Assembly: GCA_046296715.1 (NCBI GenBank)
Contig: JBKBIN010000004.1
Span: 24,785 to 88,784, forward strand
Direction: 5' to 3'
DNA: 64,000 nucleotides
Source of the DNA: Candidatus Ratteibacteria bacterium
Lineage (GTDB): Bacteria; Ratteibacteria; UBA8468; B48-G9; JAFGKM01
In this document: piece by piece, positions 10,347 through 20,094 of the stretch
How positions within the stretch are numbered: position 1 is the first letter of the stretch
Layout of the letters: each line of letters starts with the position of its first letter
The notes under the pieces: model-generated
The model's database searches: none
What the model was told of the DNA's origin: nothing
The model's input: only the letters and a program-made list of their open reading frames with translations
Program-made: the position numbers and the translations under genes

Positions 10347-11153
10347 ATGGAAGAATTAGAAAAACTTAAAAATATTATTGTTTTTAAAGATGCAGAAATA
10401 AAAAATCTTAAGAATGAAATTGAAAAACTTAAAAATATTATTTCTTTTTTTCCTGGCATTATTGTTATTCTTGATAAACATGGATTTGTTGAATTTATAA
10501 ATAAAAAAGGACTTGAAATTTTGCATTATACTTCAGACGATGAATTAATGGGGAAAGATTGGTTTGATAACTGCATTCCCGAAAGTATAAGAGATAATTT
10601 GAGGTTTGTTTTTAATAAAATTATAGAAGGACATATTGAGGGTTATGAATATTATGAAAATTTAGTTATAACAAGAATTAAAACTTTGAAGTTAATAGGA
10701 TGGAGAAATTCATATATAAAAGATGAGAAAGGTAATGTTTTAAAAACAATAAGTTATGGAATTGAAATTTCAAGAGAAAGTTTTAGAAAGCAGAAAATTG
10801 ATGATTATGAAAAAATTTTTGATATTCTGCCAGAAGCAATACATATAATAGATAGAGAGTTTAAGATTCTTTATTTTAATAAAGTTTTTGAAAAATGGAA
10901 TAAAAATCTTGGATTAGAAACAAATGTTATTGGAAAAAATTTGTTTGATGTTTTTCCTTTTCTTTCAGAAAATATTAAAGAAGAATATGAAAAAGTATTT
11001 AATACAGGTGAGATTTTAGTAACAAATGAAAAATCGCTTATTTCAGGAAAAGAGATTATAACAGAAACAAGAAAAATTCCAATTTTTGAAAACGAAAAAG
11101 TAGTTAATGTTGTTACATTTATTAGAGAAATAACAAATTACCTTAAAGATTAG
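10347..11153 (+). CDS. Tandem PAS-domain protein with no output domain
   Basis: Coiled coil plus two PAS domains (IIVILDKHGFVEFINKKG...ELMGKDWF; AIHIIDREFKILYFN...VIGKNLFDVFP); start set at the ATG after AAGGGG. Confidence 0.8.
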   Translation: MEELEKLKNIIVFKDAEIKNLKNEIEKLKNIISFFPGIIVILDKHGFVEFINKKGLEILHYTSDDELMGKDWFDNCIPESIRDNLRFVFNKIIEGHIEGYEYYENLVITRIKTLKLIGWRNSYIKDEKGNVLKTISYGIEISRESFRKQKIDDYEKIFDILPEAIHIIDREFKILYFNKVFEKWNKNLGLETNVIGKNLFDVFPFLSENIKEEYEKVFNTGEILVTNEKSLISGKEIITETRKIPIFENEKVVNVVTFIREITNYLKD

Positions 11154-11164
11154 TTTTTCAAAGA

Positions 11165-12283
11165 TTACGAAGATAGTATTTGATGAATCTTTTTAAGCTC
11201 CTCTCTAATTTTTATTTTTTGTGGACATTTTTCTTCACATTGACCACATTCAACACATGCATCCGCTTTTTTTCTTTCTTCCTTTTCTTCAATTTTTAAG
11301 TAGTTTTCTTTATATTTTTTAGACCCAAGCAAGATATATTGGTTATATAAGTTAAAGATATGTGGAATTGGAATATTTTGAGGGCATGGAAGACAGTATC
11401 TGCAAGAAGTACATGGTATTTCTCCAACTTTTTTTCTTTCCTTTATTATATTTTCAATAATTTCAATTTCTTCTTTAAGTAAAAATTCTTCTGAACTTGC
11501 TATCTTTGCATTTTCTTCAACCATCTCTAAACTGTTCATACCTGATAAAGCAATTGAAACATTTTTATTTGCAAAAACGAATTTAAAAGCTATTTCAACT
11601 GGATTTTTATATTTTTCCTTGAAAATATTCATTAAATATGGGAAATCTACAAGTCGTCCTCCACCAACAGGTCCCATAACTGCAACTCCAATTCCCTTTT
11701 TTGAAACATATTCAATACTCTCTTCATTACTTCTATCAAGTAAATTATATTGACACAAAACTGTTTCAAATATATCAACTGTATCAACAATTTTTTTCAT
11801 ATATTCTGGTTTATCATGAAAAGAAAAAGAGATATGTTTAATTAGTCCTTCTTCTTTTGCTTTTTGTGCCTCTTCTGCTAAATTAAATTTTAAAACTTTT
11901 TCTTGAAAACTTTGCCAGTTTAATGAGTGAAAATGGTAAAAATCAATATACTCAACATCAATTTTTTTTAATTGTTCTTCAAGGATTCTTCTATAATCAT
12001 CTTTTTTTTCTATTTGCCATAATGGTGATTTAGTTGAAATATATACTTTATCCCTCCATCCTTTAATTGCCTTTCCTACAATTATTTCGCTTTTTTGTTC
12101 ACAATATCCATAAGCAGTATCAATATAATTTATACCAAGTTCAAACCCTTTTCTAATGATTTTTATTGATAATTCTTCGTCAATTGTTTTAACTCCATTT
12201 ATTTCTTTTGTTGGTAATCTCATTGCTCCAAATCCAAGAATTGAAACATATTTTCCTGTTTTTCCGAATTTCCTGTAAAGCAT
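11165..12283 (-). CDS. Aldo/keto reductase with C-terminal 4Fe-4S dicluster
   Basis: YRKFGKTG..VSILGFGAMR, YIDTAYGY; CxxCxxCxxCP twice; start set at MLYRK after GGAGG. Confidence 0.92.
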   Translation of the reverse strand: MLYRKFGKTGKYVSILGFGAMRLPTKEINGVKTIDEELSIKIIRKGFELGINYIDTAYGYCEQKSEIIVGKAIKGWRDKVYISTKSPLWQIEKKDDYRRILEEQLKKIDVEYIDFYHFHSLNWQSFQEKVLKFNLAEEAQKAKEEGLIKHISFSFHDKPEYMKKIVDTVDIFETVLCQYNLLDRSNEESIEYVSKKGIGVAVMGPVGGGRLVDFPYLMNIFKEKYKNPVEIAFKFVFANKNVSIALSGMNSLEMVEENAKIASSEEFLLKEEIEIIENIIKERKKVGEIPCTSCRYCLPCPQNIPIPHIFNLYNQYILLGSKKYKENYLKIEEKEERKKADACVECGQCEEKCPQKIKIREELKKIHQILSS

Positions 12284-12349
12284 CTTTCCCTCCTTCTTCA
12301 TAAAAATTTGTAGTTTGAAATAAGTCAAGTGGTTTTAAAAATTTTATTT

Positions 12350-12985
12350 TTACTTTTTATTGTAGAATCTCTCTATATATGAAACTGCTTCTTCTGGTTG
12401 ATTAAAAACTTTAAAAATTTTTAAATCTTTTTTATCAATATATTTTCTTTTTAAAAGAATCTCTGTCAACCATTTAATAAATCCATCCCAGTAAGTACTA
12501 TCCATAAGAACAATAGGAAATTTATGGATTCTTTTTGTCTGTATAAGTGTTATTGCTTCTGTAAATTCATCAAGAGTTCCAAATCCGCCAGGAAATATAA
12601 TAAAACCCTTTGTATATTTAACAAACATAACTTTTCTTGTAAAAAAATATCTAAAAGAAATTAGTGTTTTTATATATGGATTAGGTTTTTGTTCCATTGG
12701 TAATTCTATATTGAGTCCCACAGATTCACCACCACCTAAAATTGCTCCTTTGTTTGCTGCTTCCATAATTCCTGGACCACCACCAGTTATTATTGTATAA
12801 CCTTTTTCTGCAAGTAATTTCGCTGTTATTACTGCTTTTTTATACCATTGGTCATTTTCTTTTATTCTGGCAGAACCCCAAATAGTAATGGCTTTGTTTA
12901 TTTTTTCAAGTGTTTCAAAACCATCAACAAATTCTGCCATAATTCTGAAAATTCTCCATGATTCTTCATATCTATTCTTTTTCAT
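12350..12985 (-). CDS. LOG family (TIGR00730) nucleotide phosphoribohydrolase
   Basis: TGGGPGIMEAAN, RKVMF, PGGFGTLDE. Confidence 0.92.
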   Translation of the reverse strand: MKKNRYEESWRIFRIMAEFVDGFETLEKINKAITIWGSARIKENDQWYKKAVITAKLLAEKGYTIITGGGPGIMEAANKGAILGGGESVGLNIELPMEQKPNPYIKTLISFRYFFTRKVMFVKYTKGFIIFPGGFGTLDEFTEAITLIQTKRIHKFPIVLMDSTYWDGFIKWLTEILLKRKYIDKKDLKIFKVFNQPEEAVSYIERFYNKK

Positions 12986-14264
12986 TTTTAATTTCCTCTA
13001 CAATTAAAACTAAACCTTTAATATCAATAACTTTTATTTTTCTATCTTTTTCAATATTCCCTTTCATACTTTTACCTTTCCAGTATTCTCCATGGACAAA
13101 AACCATTCCTTCAGGATTTAATTCAGTTATAGTTTTTCCTTCTTCTCCAATTAATCCTTCTTTTCCAGTTATTACTTTCCTTCTTTTGGTTTTCAAAGTA
13201 AACCATATGATAAACCAGGTGAATCCACCTGTCAAAATACTTGCTGAAATAATATACATATTTGGAATTTTAATTTCAGAAGTTTTTTTGAATAACATTA
13301 ATGAACCAAGGATAAAAGTAATGATTCCTGAAGTAATAAAAATTCCAAAAGTTGGAGTCATTGCTTCTATAATAAAGAAAATAAAACTTAAAATAATCAA
13401 GATTAAACCAGCCAAATTTATTGGTAATGTATGTAATCCAAAAAAAGCAAGAATTAAAGCAATTGTTCCAACAATGCCTGGAATCCCAAAACCAGGATGG
13501 GAAAATTCAAGTATTATTCCCCATATTCCTAATATAAGTAGAAGATAAGCAATATTTGGGTCAGATATAAATTTCAAAATTCTATCCTTAAATTCAGGTT
13601 TTGCTTCTTTAATTTTAATATTTTTAGTGTTTAGAACTATTGCTTTCTCATTTATTTTTACCATTTTTCCATCTATTTTTTTAAGTAAATCATTTATATC
13701 TTTTGCTTTTAAGTCAATAACTTTTTCTTTCAGTGCTTCCTCTTCAGTAGAAGAGATACTTTCTCTAACAGCTTTTTCTGCCCATTTTTCGTTTCTTCCC
13801 CTATATTTTGCGATTGTTTTAATAAAACTTACTGTATCGTTTACAATTTTTTCTTCAATTTTAGTATCTTTTTCTCCACCTGTAAGGGTAACTGGATGAG
13901 CTGCTCCTATATTTGTAGCTGGAGCCATTGCAAGAATATGACAAGATAAAGCGATAAATGTTCCAGCAGAAGCACATTGAGCACCACTTGGATAAACAAA
14001 ACCAATTATAGGGATATCTGATGAGAGTATCTCTTGGACTATTTTTCTCGTTGAAGATAGTAATCCACCAGGCGTATCTATTGTTATTAAAACAAAATCA
14101 GCCTTATTTTTTCTTGCTAAAGATATTGTATTTTTAACCTGATAATAAGTTACAGGACCAATTGCTCCATCTATATTTAATAGATATCCTTCATTCGCTT
14201 TTAAAGAATTTTTAAAGATTAAGACATATAAAATGAAAATCAATATCTTTATTTTTTTTCTCAT
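12972..14264 (-). CDS. nfeD: Long-form NfeD membrane serine protease (ClpP-like + TM + OB)
   Basis: DTPGG, ASAGTFI, MAPATNIGAAHP, GMVFVHGEYW; start set at the ATGA overlap with the upstream peptidase. Confidence 0.92.
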   Translation of the reverse strand: MRKKIKILIFILYVLIFKNSLKANEGYLLNIDGAIGPVTYYQVKNTISLARKNKADFVLITIDTPGGLLSSTRKIVQEILSSDIPIIGFVYPSGAQCASAGTFIALSCHILAMAPATNIGAAHPVTLTGGEKDTKIEEKIVNDTVSFIKTIAKYRGRNEKWAEKAVRESISSTEEEALKEKVIDLKAKDINDLLKKIDGKMVKINEKAIVLNTKNIKIKEAKPEFKDRILKFISDPNIAYLLLILGIWGIILEFSHPGFGIPGIVGTIALILAFFGLHTLPINLAGLILIILSFIFFIIEAMTPTFGIFITSGIITFILGSLMLFKKTSEIKIPNMYIISASILTGGFTWFIIWFTLKTKRRKVITGKEGLIGEEGKTITELNPEGMVFVHGEYWKGKSMKGNIEKDRKIKVIDIKGLVLIVEEIKNEKE

Positions 14265-15346
14265 TTTACAAGTATATCTGGTCTTAAAAATTCTCCACCA
14301 TCTGTTTCTATTTTTAATAAGGGCCAATTTTTATCTTCTGTTATTATAATTGGTCTTTTTTCAGTTGTAATTATTGTATCTTCTGACTTTGTCCCTGTTA
14401 TAGATGGATTCCACGCAAATGTCTGATTTTCTGATACAATTTCTTTTCTTTCATTTGTTGCTCTGAAATATCTTGTCATATAACCAGTTGGACCGCCTTG
14501 ATGATGTTTTTTCCATTCATCTCGGTATCCTGTTTTTTCATACATTTCTATTCCTTTAGAAAAAATTTCGCCAATCGTTTTTCCTTTTTGAGTTGAACTG
14601 ATAAATGTAGAATCAATTTTACAAACTGCAAGGTGTTTTTTCTTTAAATCTTCGGGTAATTTCCCAAAATATACAAGACGAGATAGAGAAACTATTAAAC
14701 CATATTTTCTTGCACATAGAACAATCATAACAGTTTTTTTTATTTTTTTATCTTTTGGAACTGGATGCCTATATTTTTCAATCCTTTCATCAGAAGCAAT
14801 TAAAACAACAACAGGAACTATATTTTCCTTCCATAAACTTTCGCTTAAAAATCCACATATTTCTATTTCCTTATCCCCTGGTTTTATCCCTTTACAAATA
14901 TTAGATACTATTTTTGATGTTTTCGAACCAATTTCTTTGTATCTTTCAATTTCTTCAGGCAAAAGTGGAAAATGTAATTTCTCAATATTTACTGGAAAAT
15001 AATTATCATAGATTATATCAGAACCAATTTTTCCATCTGTAATTTTTTTTATTTTTTCATTAAATTTTTCTTCATACCAATTTTCAATAATTGGCTCAAA
15101 ATTAAAATTTTTAAGTTCTTCTTCTGAAATTCTTGGGTATTCTATATTATTTGTAAGATAATAAATCTTCTTCTTTGTTATAAGTAACTTACAAACTCCT
15201 GTTTCTGTATGAAGTCCTACATAATTTATTTTCCCACCTGTAAACCAGGCAAAATTACTTACTTTGTTCAATAAAACTCCCTCTAATTTTTCTTCATCTA
15301 ACAATTTTTTAACTCTTTTCCATTTAATTAGTATTTCTTTTTCCAT
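14261..15346 (-). CDS. M24 family (Xaa-Pro) peptidase-like protein
   Basis: YRHP, HHQGG.TGY, AWNPSITGTKSEDT. Confidence 0.85.
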   Translation of the reverse strand: MEKEILIKWKRVKKLLDEEKLEGVLLNKVSNFAWFTGGKINYVGLHTETGVCKLLITKKKIYYLTNNIEYPRISEEELKNFNFEPIIENWYEEKFNEKIKKITDGKIGSDIIYDNYFPVNIEKLHFPLLPEEIERYKEIGSKTSKIVSNICKGIKPGDKEIEICGFLSESLWKENIVPVVVLIASDERIEKYRHPVPKDKKIKKTVMIVLCARKYGLIVSLSRLVYFGKLPEDLKKKHLAVCKIDSTFISSTQKGKTIGEIFSKGIEMYEKTGYRDEWKKHHQGGPTGYMTRYFRATNERKEIVSENQTFAWNPSITGTKSEDTIITTEKRPIIITEDKNWPLLKIETDGGEFLRPDILVK

Positions 15347-15392
15347 TTGTTATAATTATTATCCAATTTTTATTTTTTTTCAAGTTAATGCA

Positions 15393-15542
15393 CAAATATA
15401 TGAAGAAGTAAAAAAATGTATAGAAGATGCAGCAAAAGGTGGTGGTTATATTTTAACTTCTTCAAATTCTATTCATTATAATGTTCCTGCAAAAAACTTA
15501 ATATATATGGTAGAGGCAGCAAGAAAGTTTGGGAGATATTAA
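15393..15542 (+). pseudogene. 3' remnant of a uroporphyrinogen decarboxylase (URO-D/MtaA) family gene
   Basis: EEVKKCIEDAAKGGGYILTSSNSIHYNVPAKNLIYMVEAARKFGRY* resembles the family C-terminus; no in-frame start or RBS. Confidence 0.7.
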
Positions 15543-15590
15543 AGATAATAATTTTTTGAGAAAAAATTGACTTTATATATTCATCCCTTT

Positions 15591-16304
15591 TTACTTTTTG
15601 TTATTCCCATTTTTTATTTCATTAGCAAGTATTATTGCCTCAGCAACTTCTTTCATACTTATTCTTTTATCCATACTAAACTTCCTAATTTTATCATATG
15701 CCTCCTGTTCTGTTAATTTTTCTTCTTTCATAAGAATACCTTTTGCTTTCTCAATTTTTTTTCTTGCTTCAAGTTCTTCTTCAAGTATTTTCGTCTTTAC
15801 TAAAAGTTCTGTATTTTCAATTACTATTGCTGCTTGATTTGCTATAGAAGAGATAACTTCTATTTCCTTTTCAGTAAATTTATATGGATATGTAGTATAA
15901 ACATTCAAAACTCCTATTGCCTTGTTTTTAACAATCATAGGTACTGACAACATTGATACCAGACCTTCTTTTTTTGCAATATCTATGTATTTATATTCTT
16001 TTTCTTTTTTAACATCTTCAACTATCATTGGTTTTTTTGTTTCAAATACTTTACCAGTTATACCTTCTCCTATTTTTAAAGGTGGTTTTTTTAAGTATTC
16101 ATCACTCATTGCTTGTGTTGCTCTTATTTTTAGAACTTTTTCTTTCTCATCATAAAGAAATATTGAGCATATTTTTGAATTAAAAACTTCTGCAGTAACA
16201 TTTACAATAAGCTTCAAAATATCTTCAAGATACATATCAGAAGTAATAGCACTACTAATTTTATAAAGGGCTTCAATTTCTTTATCAATATCTTTCTTTT
16301 TCAT
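15591..16304 (-). CDS. GAF and ANTAR domain protein (RNA-binding antiterminator type)
   Basis: GAF (GEGITGKV...SMLSVPM...IGVLNVY...IANQAAIVIEN) plus ANTAR (RKKIEKAKGILM...EQEAY...SMDKRISMKEVAEAII). Confidence 0.92.
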   Translation of the reverse strand: MKKKDIDKEIEALYKISSAITSDMYLEDILKLIVNVTAEVFNSKICSIFLYDEKEKVLKIRATQAMSDEYLKKPPLKIGEGITGKVFETKKPMIVEDVKKEKEYKYIDIAKKEGLVSMLSVPMIVKNKAIGVLNVYTTYPYKFTEKEIEVISSIANQAAIVIENTELLVKTKILEEELEARKKIEKAKGILMKEEKLTEQEAYDKIRKFSMDKRISMKEVAEAIILANEIKNGNNKK

Positions 16305-16307
16305 TTT

Positions 16308-17456
16308 TTATAAAAATAATTTTTCAAAACTTTCTAAGAAGTATTTAAGATATTTAGAAATTTCAGAATTATTAAAATTGTCTATAAATGGTTGTCCATA
16401 TTTGTTCATTTCAGTTCCACATATAACAGGCATATTCATTTTTTGACAAACAGCCATAAATTCGTTAAGTTTTTTTATTTTTAATTTTTTTTCATCTTCA
16501 TTCTTTATGTTCCAGTTCCTCTCAGGTATTATCGTAATTCCTTTAATTCTTTTTGCTTTAAGCAATTCAACGAGAACTTCTGGATTTTTTTCTCCTTCAT
16601 TTGTTCCATCAAGCCATGTACCGATAGGTATTCCTCCTCCTTTTTCTATTATTTCTACAACTTTATCAAAAGTTGGAAAATCGGTACTTTTGGATTTTAT
16701 ATAACCAGGTCCACCGAATTTAATAAGTTTTTGTCGTATTTTTTCATATAAATCACCTATATTTTTTTCTTTTAATTCAATAAGTTTTTCTTTTTCAATT
16801 TCTAAAATATCAGCCCAGAAGATATCTACTTTTTCTTTCAAGATTTCTTTTGATTTTATATAATATGCGTAGATTATATGTCTTTCAGTTGGATTTTTTG
16901 ATGGAGTTAAAGGAAGAACATCTTTTTCATAATCTATTTTAACATCTTTTAAATAGTTATTAATCTTCTCAATGATTTTTTTATTTCTTTTTTGAGCAAT
17001 CCTTTTTAAATTGTCTAATAAATCTCTTTCTAAAGTATTTTCTTTTAGAACTTTTTTAAATCCCTTACCACATAAATAAAAAATACCAGGTTCATTTGGA
17101 GAATTTATAACTTTATCTTTCATTTCTTCCAAAAAAACTCTTGTTTCAAAGCCACTGATTACTTTAAGATTTAGTAACTCACCAGCCCATAAGGTTTCTT
17201 CAAGAGCAATTAGTGTATCAAAATCAACAGTTCCTAAATATAATAGTCCTTTTTTCCATCCTTCAAAAACAATCCTTAACGGAGACCAGTTTTTATAGTT
17301 GAAAGAATGAAAAGTATGGATATGTGCATTAATAAGACCTTTATATTCATTATCCTTTTTAACTTTGTTTTTTTTGATTAAATTACATACTTCAAGAAAA
17401 CTATTCTTTCTTATTTCAATATCAAAATCAGAAAGAGATTTTAGTATTTCCTCCAT
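16308..17456 (-). CDS. PHP-domain protein
   Basis: NAHIHTFHS, SP, GTVDFD, GFE, TERH, GTE motifs. Confidence 0.7.
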   Translation of the reverse strand: MEEILKSLSDFDIEIRKNSFLEVCNLIKKNKVKKDNEYKGLINAHIHTFHSFNYKNWSPLRIVFEGWKKGLLYLGTVDFDTLIALEETLWAGELLNLKVISGFETRVFLEEMKDKVINSPNEPGIFYLCGKGFKKVLKENTLERDLLDNLKRIAQKRNKKIIEKINNYLKDVKIDYEKDVLPLTPSKNPTERHIIYAYYIKSKEILKEKVDIFWADILEIEKEKLIELKEKNIGDLYEKIRQKLIKFGGPGYIKSKSTDFPTFDKVVEIIEKGGGIPIGTWLDGTNEGEKNPEVLVELLKAKRIKGITIIPERNWNIKNEDEKKLKIKKLNEFMAVCQKMNMPVICGTEMNKYGQPFIDNFNNSEISKYLKYFLESFEKLFL

Positions 17457-17518
17457 TTTTATTAAAATTTTTTTAAATTTTACAATAAAAAGGTATAATA
17501 TTCAAAAAGGAGGTTAAA

Positions 17519-17845
17519 ATGTCAGAAGAAGTTATAAATTTAAATAATGAAAATTTTAATGAGATAATCAAAAACAATGAAAAAGTTGTGGTTGACTTCT
17601 GGGCAAGTTGGTGTATGCCATGTAAAATAGTTGCTCCAGCATTTGAAAATCTTGCAAAAAAATATAAAACTTCAATTATTTTTGCAAAGGTAAATGTTGA
17701 TGAAAATCCTGATATTGCAGCTAAGTTTGAAATTATGTCAATCCCTAATTTTATAATTTTTAAAAATGGTGAAAAAATAGGAGAAATTGTAGGAGCGTAT
17801 CCAGAAAACATACTTGAAGAAAAAATATTGAATTTCTTTAAGTGA
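17519..17845 (+). CDS. trxA: Thioredoxin
   Basis: VDFWASWCMPC; AGGAGG RBS. Confidence 0.95.
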   Translation: MSEEVINLNNENFNEIIKNNEKVVVDFWASWCMPCKIVAPAFENLAKKYKTSIIFAKVNVDENPDIAAKFEIMSIPNFIIFKNGEKIGEIVGAYPENILEEKILNFFK

Positions 17846-18403
17846 TTAATTGCTCAAAATTATTTTTTTAATTCTTTCAACTGTTTTTTTAATGTCTTTG
17901 TTTACTATTCGTATATCATAAAATTTTAATAATATTTTTCTTTCTTCCTTTGATAGTGATAATCTTTTTTGAATTTCTTGTTCATCCATATCTTTTCTTT
18001 TTCTCATTCTTCTTTCTTGTTCTATTAGTGAGGGTGGAAGAATCCCAATTAATAAAACATTATCATTATATCTTTCTTTAATTTTCAATCCTCCCTGAGT
18101 ATCAATTACAAGCAAAGTTTTTTTATTCATTTTTAGATTTTCTTCTAATTGTTTTTTAGGAGTTCCGTAATAATTACCGTATACAATAGACCACTCAGCA
18201 AACTCATTATTTTCAATCATTTTTTCAAACTTTTCTTTACTAACAAAATTATAATCAATTCCATTAATTTCATTTTTTCTTGGTTTTCTTGTTGTGTAGG
18301 TTGTAATTATATCAATATCTTTCAATTCACTTTTTAATATCTTTTGTATTGTAGTTTTTCCAGTTCCTGAGGGTGCAGAAAGAACAAATATTAGATGGTT
18401 CAT
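17846..18403 (-). CDS. gmk: Guanylate kinase
   Basis: SAPSGTGKTT, TTRKPRKNE..G.DY.F, YYGT. Confidence 0.95.
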   Translation of the reverse strand: MNHLIFVLSAPSGTGKTTIQKILKSELKDIDIITTYTTRKPRKNEINGIDYNFVSKEKFEKMIENNEFAEWSIVYGNYYGTPKKQLEENLKMNKKTLLVIDTQGGLKIKERYNDNVLLIGILPPSLIEQERRMRKRKDMDEQEIQKRLSLSKEERKILLKFYDIRIVNKDIKKTVERIKKIILSN

Positions 18404-19333
18404 TTATGGAGTAAATTTTCCTGTAGTTTTTAATGAATGAATTGCTCTTTCAGCAACAGTGTGAAAAGATGTATTTAATAGTTTTTCCCATTGTTTTATT
18501 GCCATATCAATCTGTCCATTTTTTTCATAAGCATGGGCTAAAACATCATCAACAAATTCAGGATGAGGGAATTTAATTGCTTTCTCTAAATATCTAACAG
18601 AATTTGGATAATCTTTCCCTTTATGATAATAAGTCCATCCAAGTTCAAAATAAAGGTCATACCTATCTTTGTTGTAAGCAATACCTTTTTTGAGGAAAGA
18701 AACACCATTACTATACCAGTAAAGCATTTCCATTGGTACACTTATAAAATCTCTTATAAGATTATACATTTCTTTATCCTCTATTTTTTCTTTCAAATTA
18801 TCTATTTTAATAAAGCAACTATTTATAAAATCCAAATATTCTTTAATCTTCTCATCTGTTTTAACATAGTCCCTTGCTAAACCCTCTATTAACTCTTTTA
18901 TTTTATTTTTAATCTTAATTATTTCTTCTTTTTCTCTTGTGTTTCCCAATTTAGGTAATTTCTTTTCAATTTTTTCTTCTATAGAATTACCCCTTGCTCT
19001 AACATTAGAAAAAATATTATATGCCATGTGCCAGCCCCCAACTGCCCAGACAACTATATATGTTGGCTGAAGCCATGCTATTGCTTCAAGTAATGGTAAC
19101 ATTTTATAATGTTGGCCAGAGTGCCAATAATTTTCTATATTTAGCCATAAAAGATCTGCGGCTAGTCCTTTAAAACCACTCAATATTAAACTACCGGCTA
19201 TCTGTCCAGGCATCAATAAAATAGAACTTTCAAGATTTTCAATTTGTTTAGAATAATCAATGCTCACTTGTAAAAATCCTATTGGGACTAAAAGTAATAT
19301 TGCAACAAATAATCTAATCCAATTTCTTTTCAT
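18404..19333 (-). CDS. Membrane-anchored TPR protein (PilG/XapA-like ABC accessory)
   Basis: N-terminal TM; GFKGLAADLLWL; C-terminal TPRs; start set at the ATGA overlap with the permease. Confidence 0.7.
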   Translation of the reverse strand: MKRNWIRLFVAILLLVPIGFLQVSIDYSKQIENLESSILLMPGQIAGSLILSGFKGLAADLLWLNIENYWHSGQHYKMLPLLEAIAWLQPTYIVVWAVGGWHMAYNIFSNVRARGNSIEEKIEKKLPKLGNTREKEEIIKIKNKIKELIEGLARDYVKTDEKIKEYLDFINSCFIKIDNLKEKIEDKEMYNLIRDFISVPMEMLYWYSNGVSFLKKGIAYNKDRYDLYFELGWTYYHKGKDYPNSVRYLEKAIKFPHPEFVDDVLAHAYEKNGQIDMAIKQWEKLLNTSFHTVAERAIHSLKTTGKFTP

Positions 19334-20094
19334 ATTTCCCTCTTTTGAATAAAATAAGAACCAATTAAAAGAATAACAGCAAGATATAATATTCCATAAA
19401 TACCAGTTTTTAAAATATATTGCCAACTTACATCAATTCCAACAACAACCTTGTCTCTTATATTAAAATTTTCATAATTTGGAACGACTGTGTAAAGTAT
19501 CTTCCATAAACCCTTTAAAATTACATTTTCTGTTCTATCTGCAAGTTGATTACCATATGAAGTCAAATGACCAACTATGTATAGGAAAAACGAAAAAATC
19601 ACATTAAATGCATCTGAAGCAAAGGTTGCAACAGTAAGAGTAATTGAACCAATTAGAATAAGTTCAATAAATATTAATAATAGTGTTTTAAATACTTGTA
19701 TATCTGGTGGACTTTTCTTAAAAATTAATAATCCTATGAAAAAAAGAGCCATAAGAATAAAATTTAAAAGTATAATTAAAATAATACCGAAAAATTTTCC
19801 AATAAAAAAATTTTGTCTTGTAATCGGTTTTGAAAATAAAGTATAAATGGTTCTTTTTTCAATTTCATTTGAAATTGCTGTAAGTGAAATAAAAATTGCA
19901 ATTAGAGCACCAAAAAATTCTATACCTGAGAAACTAACATCTTTAATCATTTTTAATTCTTCTTCTGCTGTTAAAAAAGAAAAAGCTTTAGATGCCCCAA
20001 TTACAACAAGTGCGACAACAAGTAATATATATAAAGTTTTTTTTCTTAGAGATTCTTTAAAAGTATTTAAGCCAATAAACCATGCCTTTTTCAT
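19330..20094 (-). CDS. ABC-2 type permease (PilI-like)
   Basis: NTFKESLRKK; EIEKRTIYTLFSKPITR...GKFFG; about 6 TM. Confidence 0.88.
   Translation of the reverse strand: MKKAWFIGLNTFKESLRKKTLYILLVVALVVIGASKAFSFLTAEEELKMIKDVSFSGIEFFGALIAIFISLTAISNEIEKRTIYTLFSKPITRQNFFIGKFFGIILIILLNFILMALFFIGLLIFKKSPPDIQVFKTLLLIFIELILIGSITLTVATFASDAFNVIFSFFLYIVGHLTSYGNQLADRTENVILKGLWKILYTVVPNYENFNIRDKVVVGIDVSWQYILKTGIYGILYLAVILLIGSYFIQKREI

Noticed and set aside
15543..17518. ANTAR dual-hairpin target near the GAF-ANTAR gene
   Set aside because: No paired hexaloop hairpins found by eye in the flanking intergenic DNA
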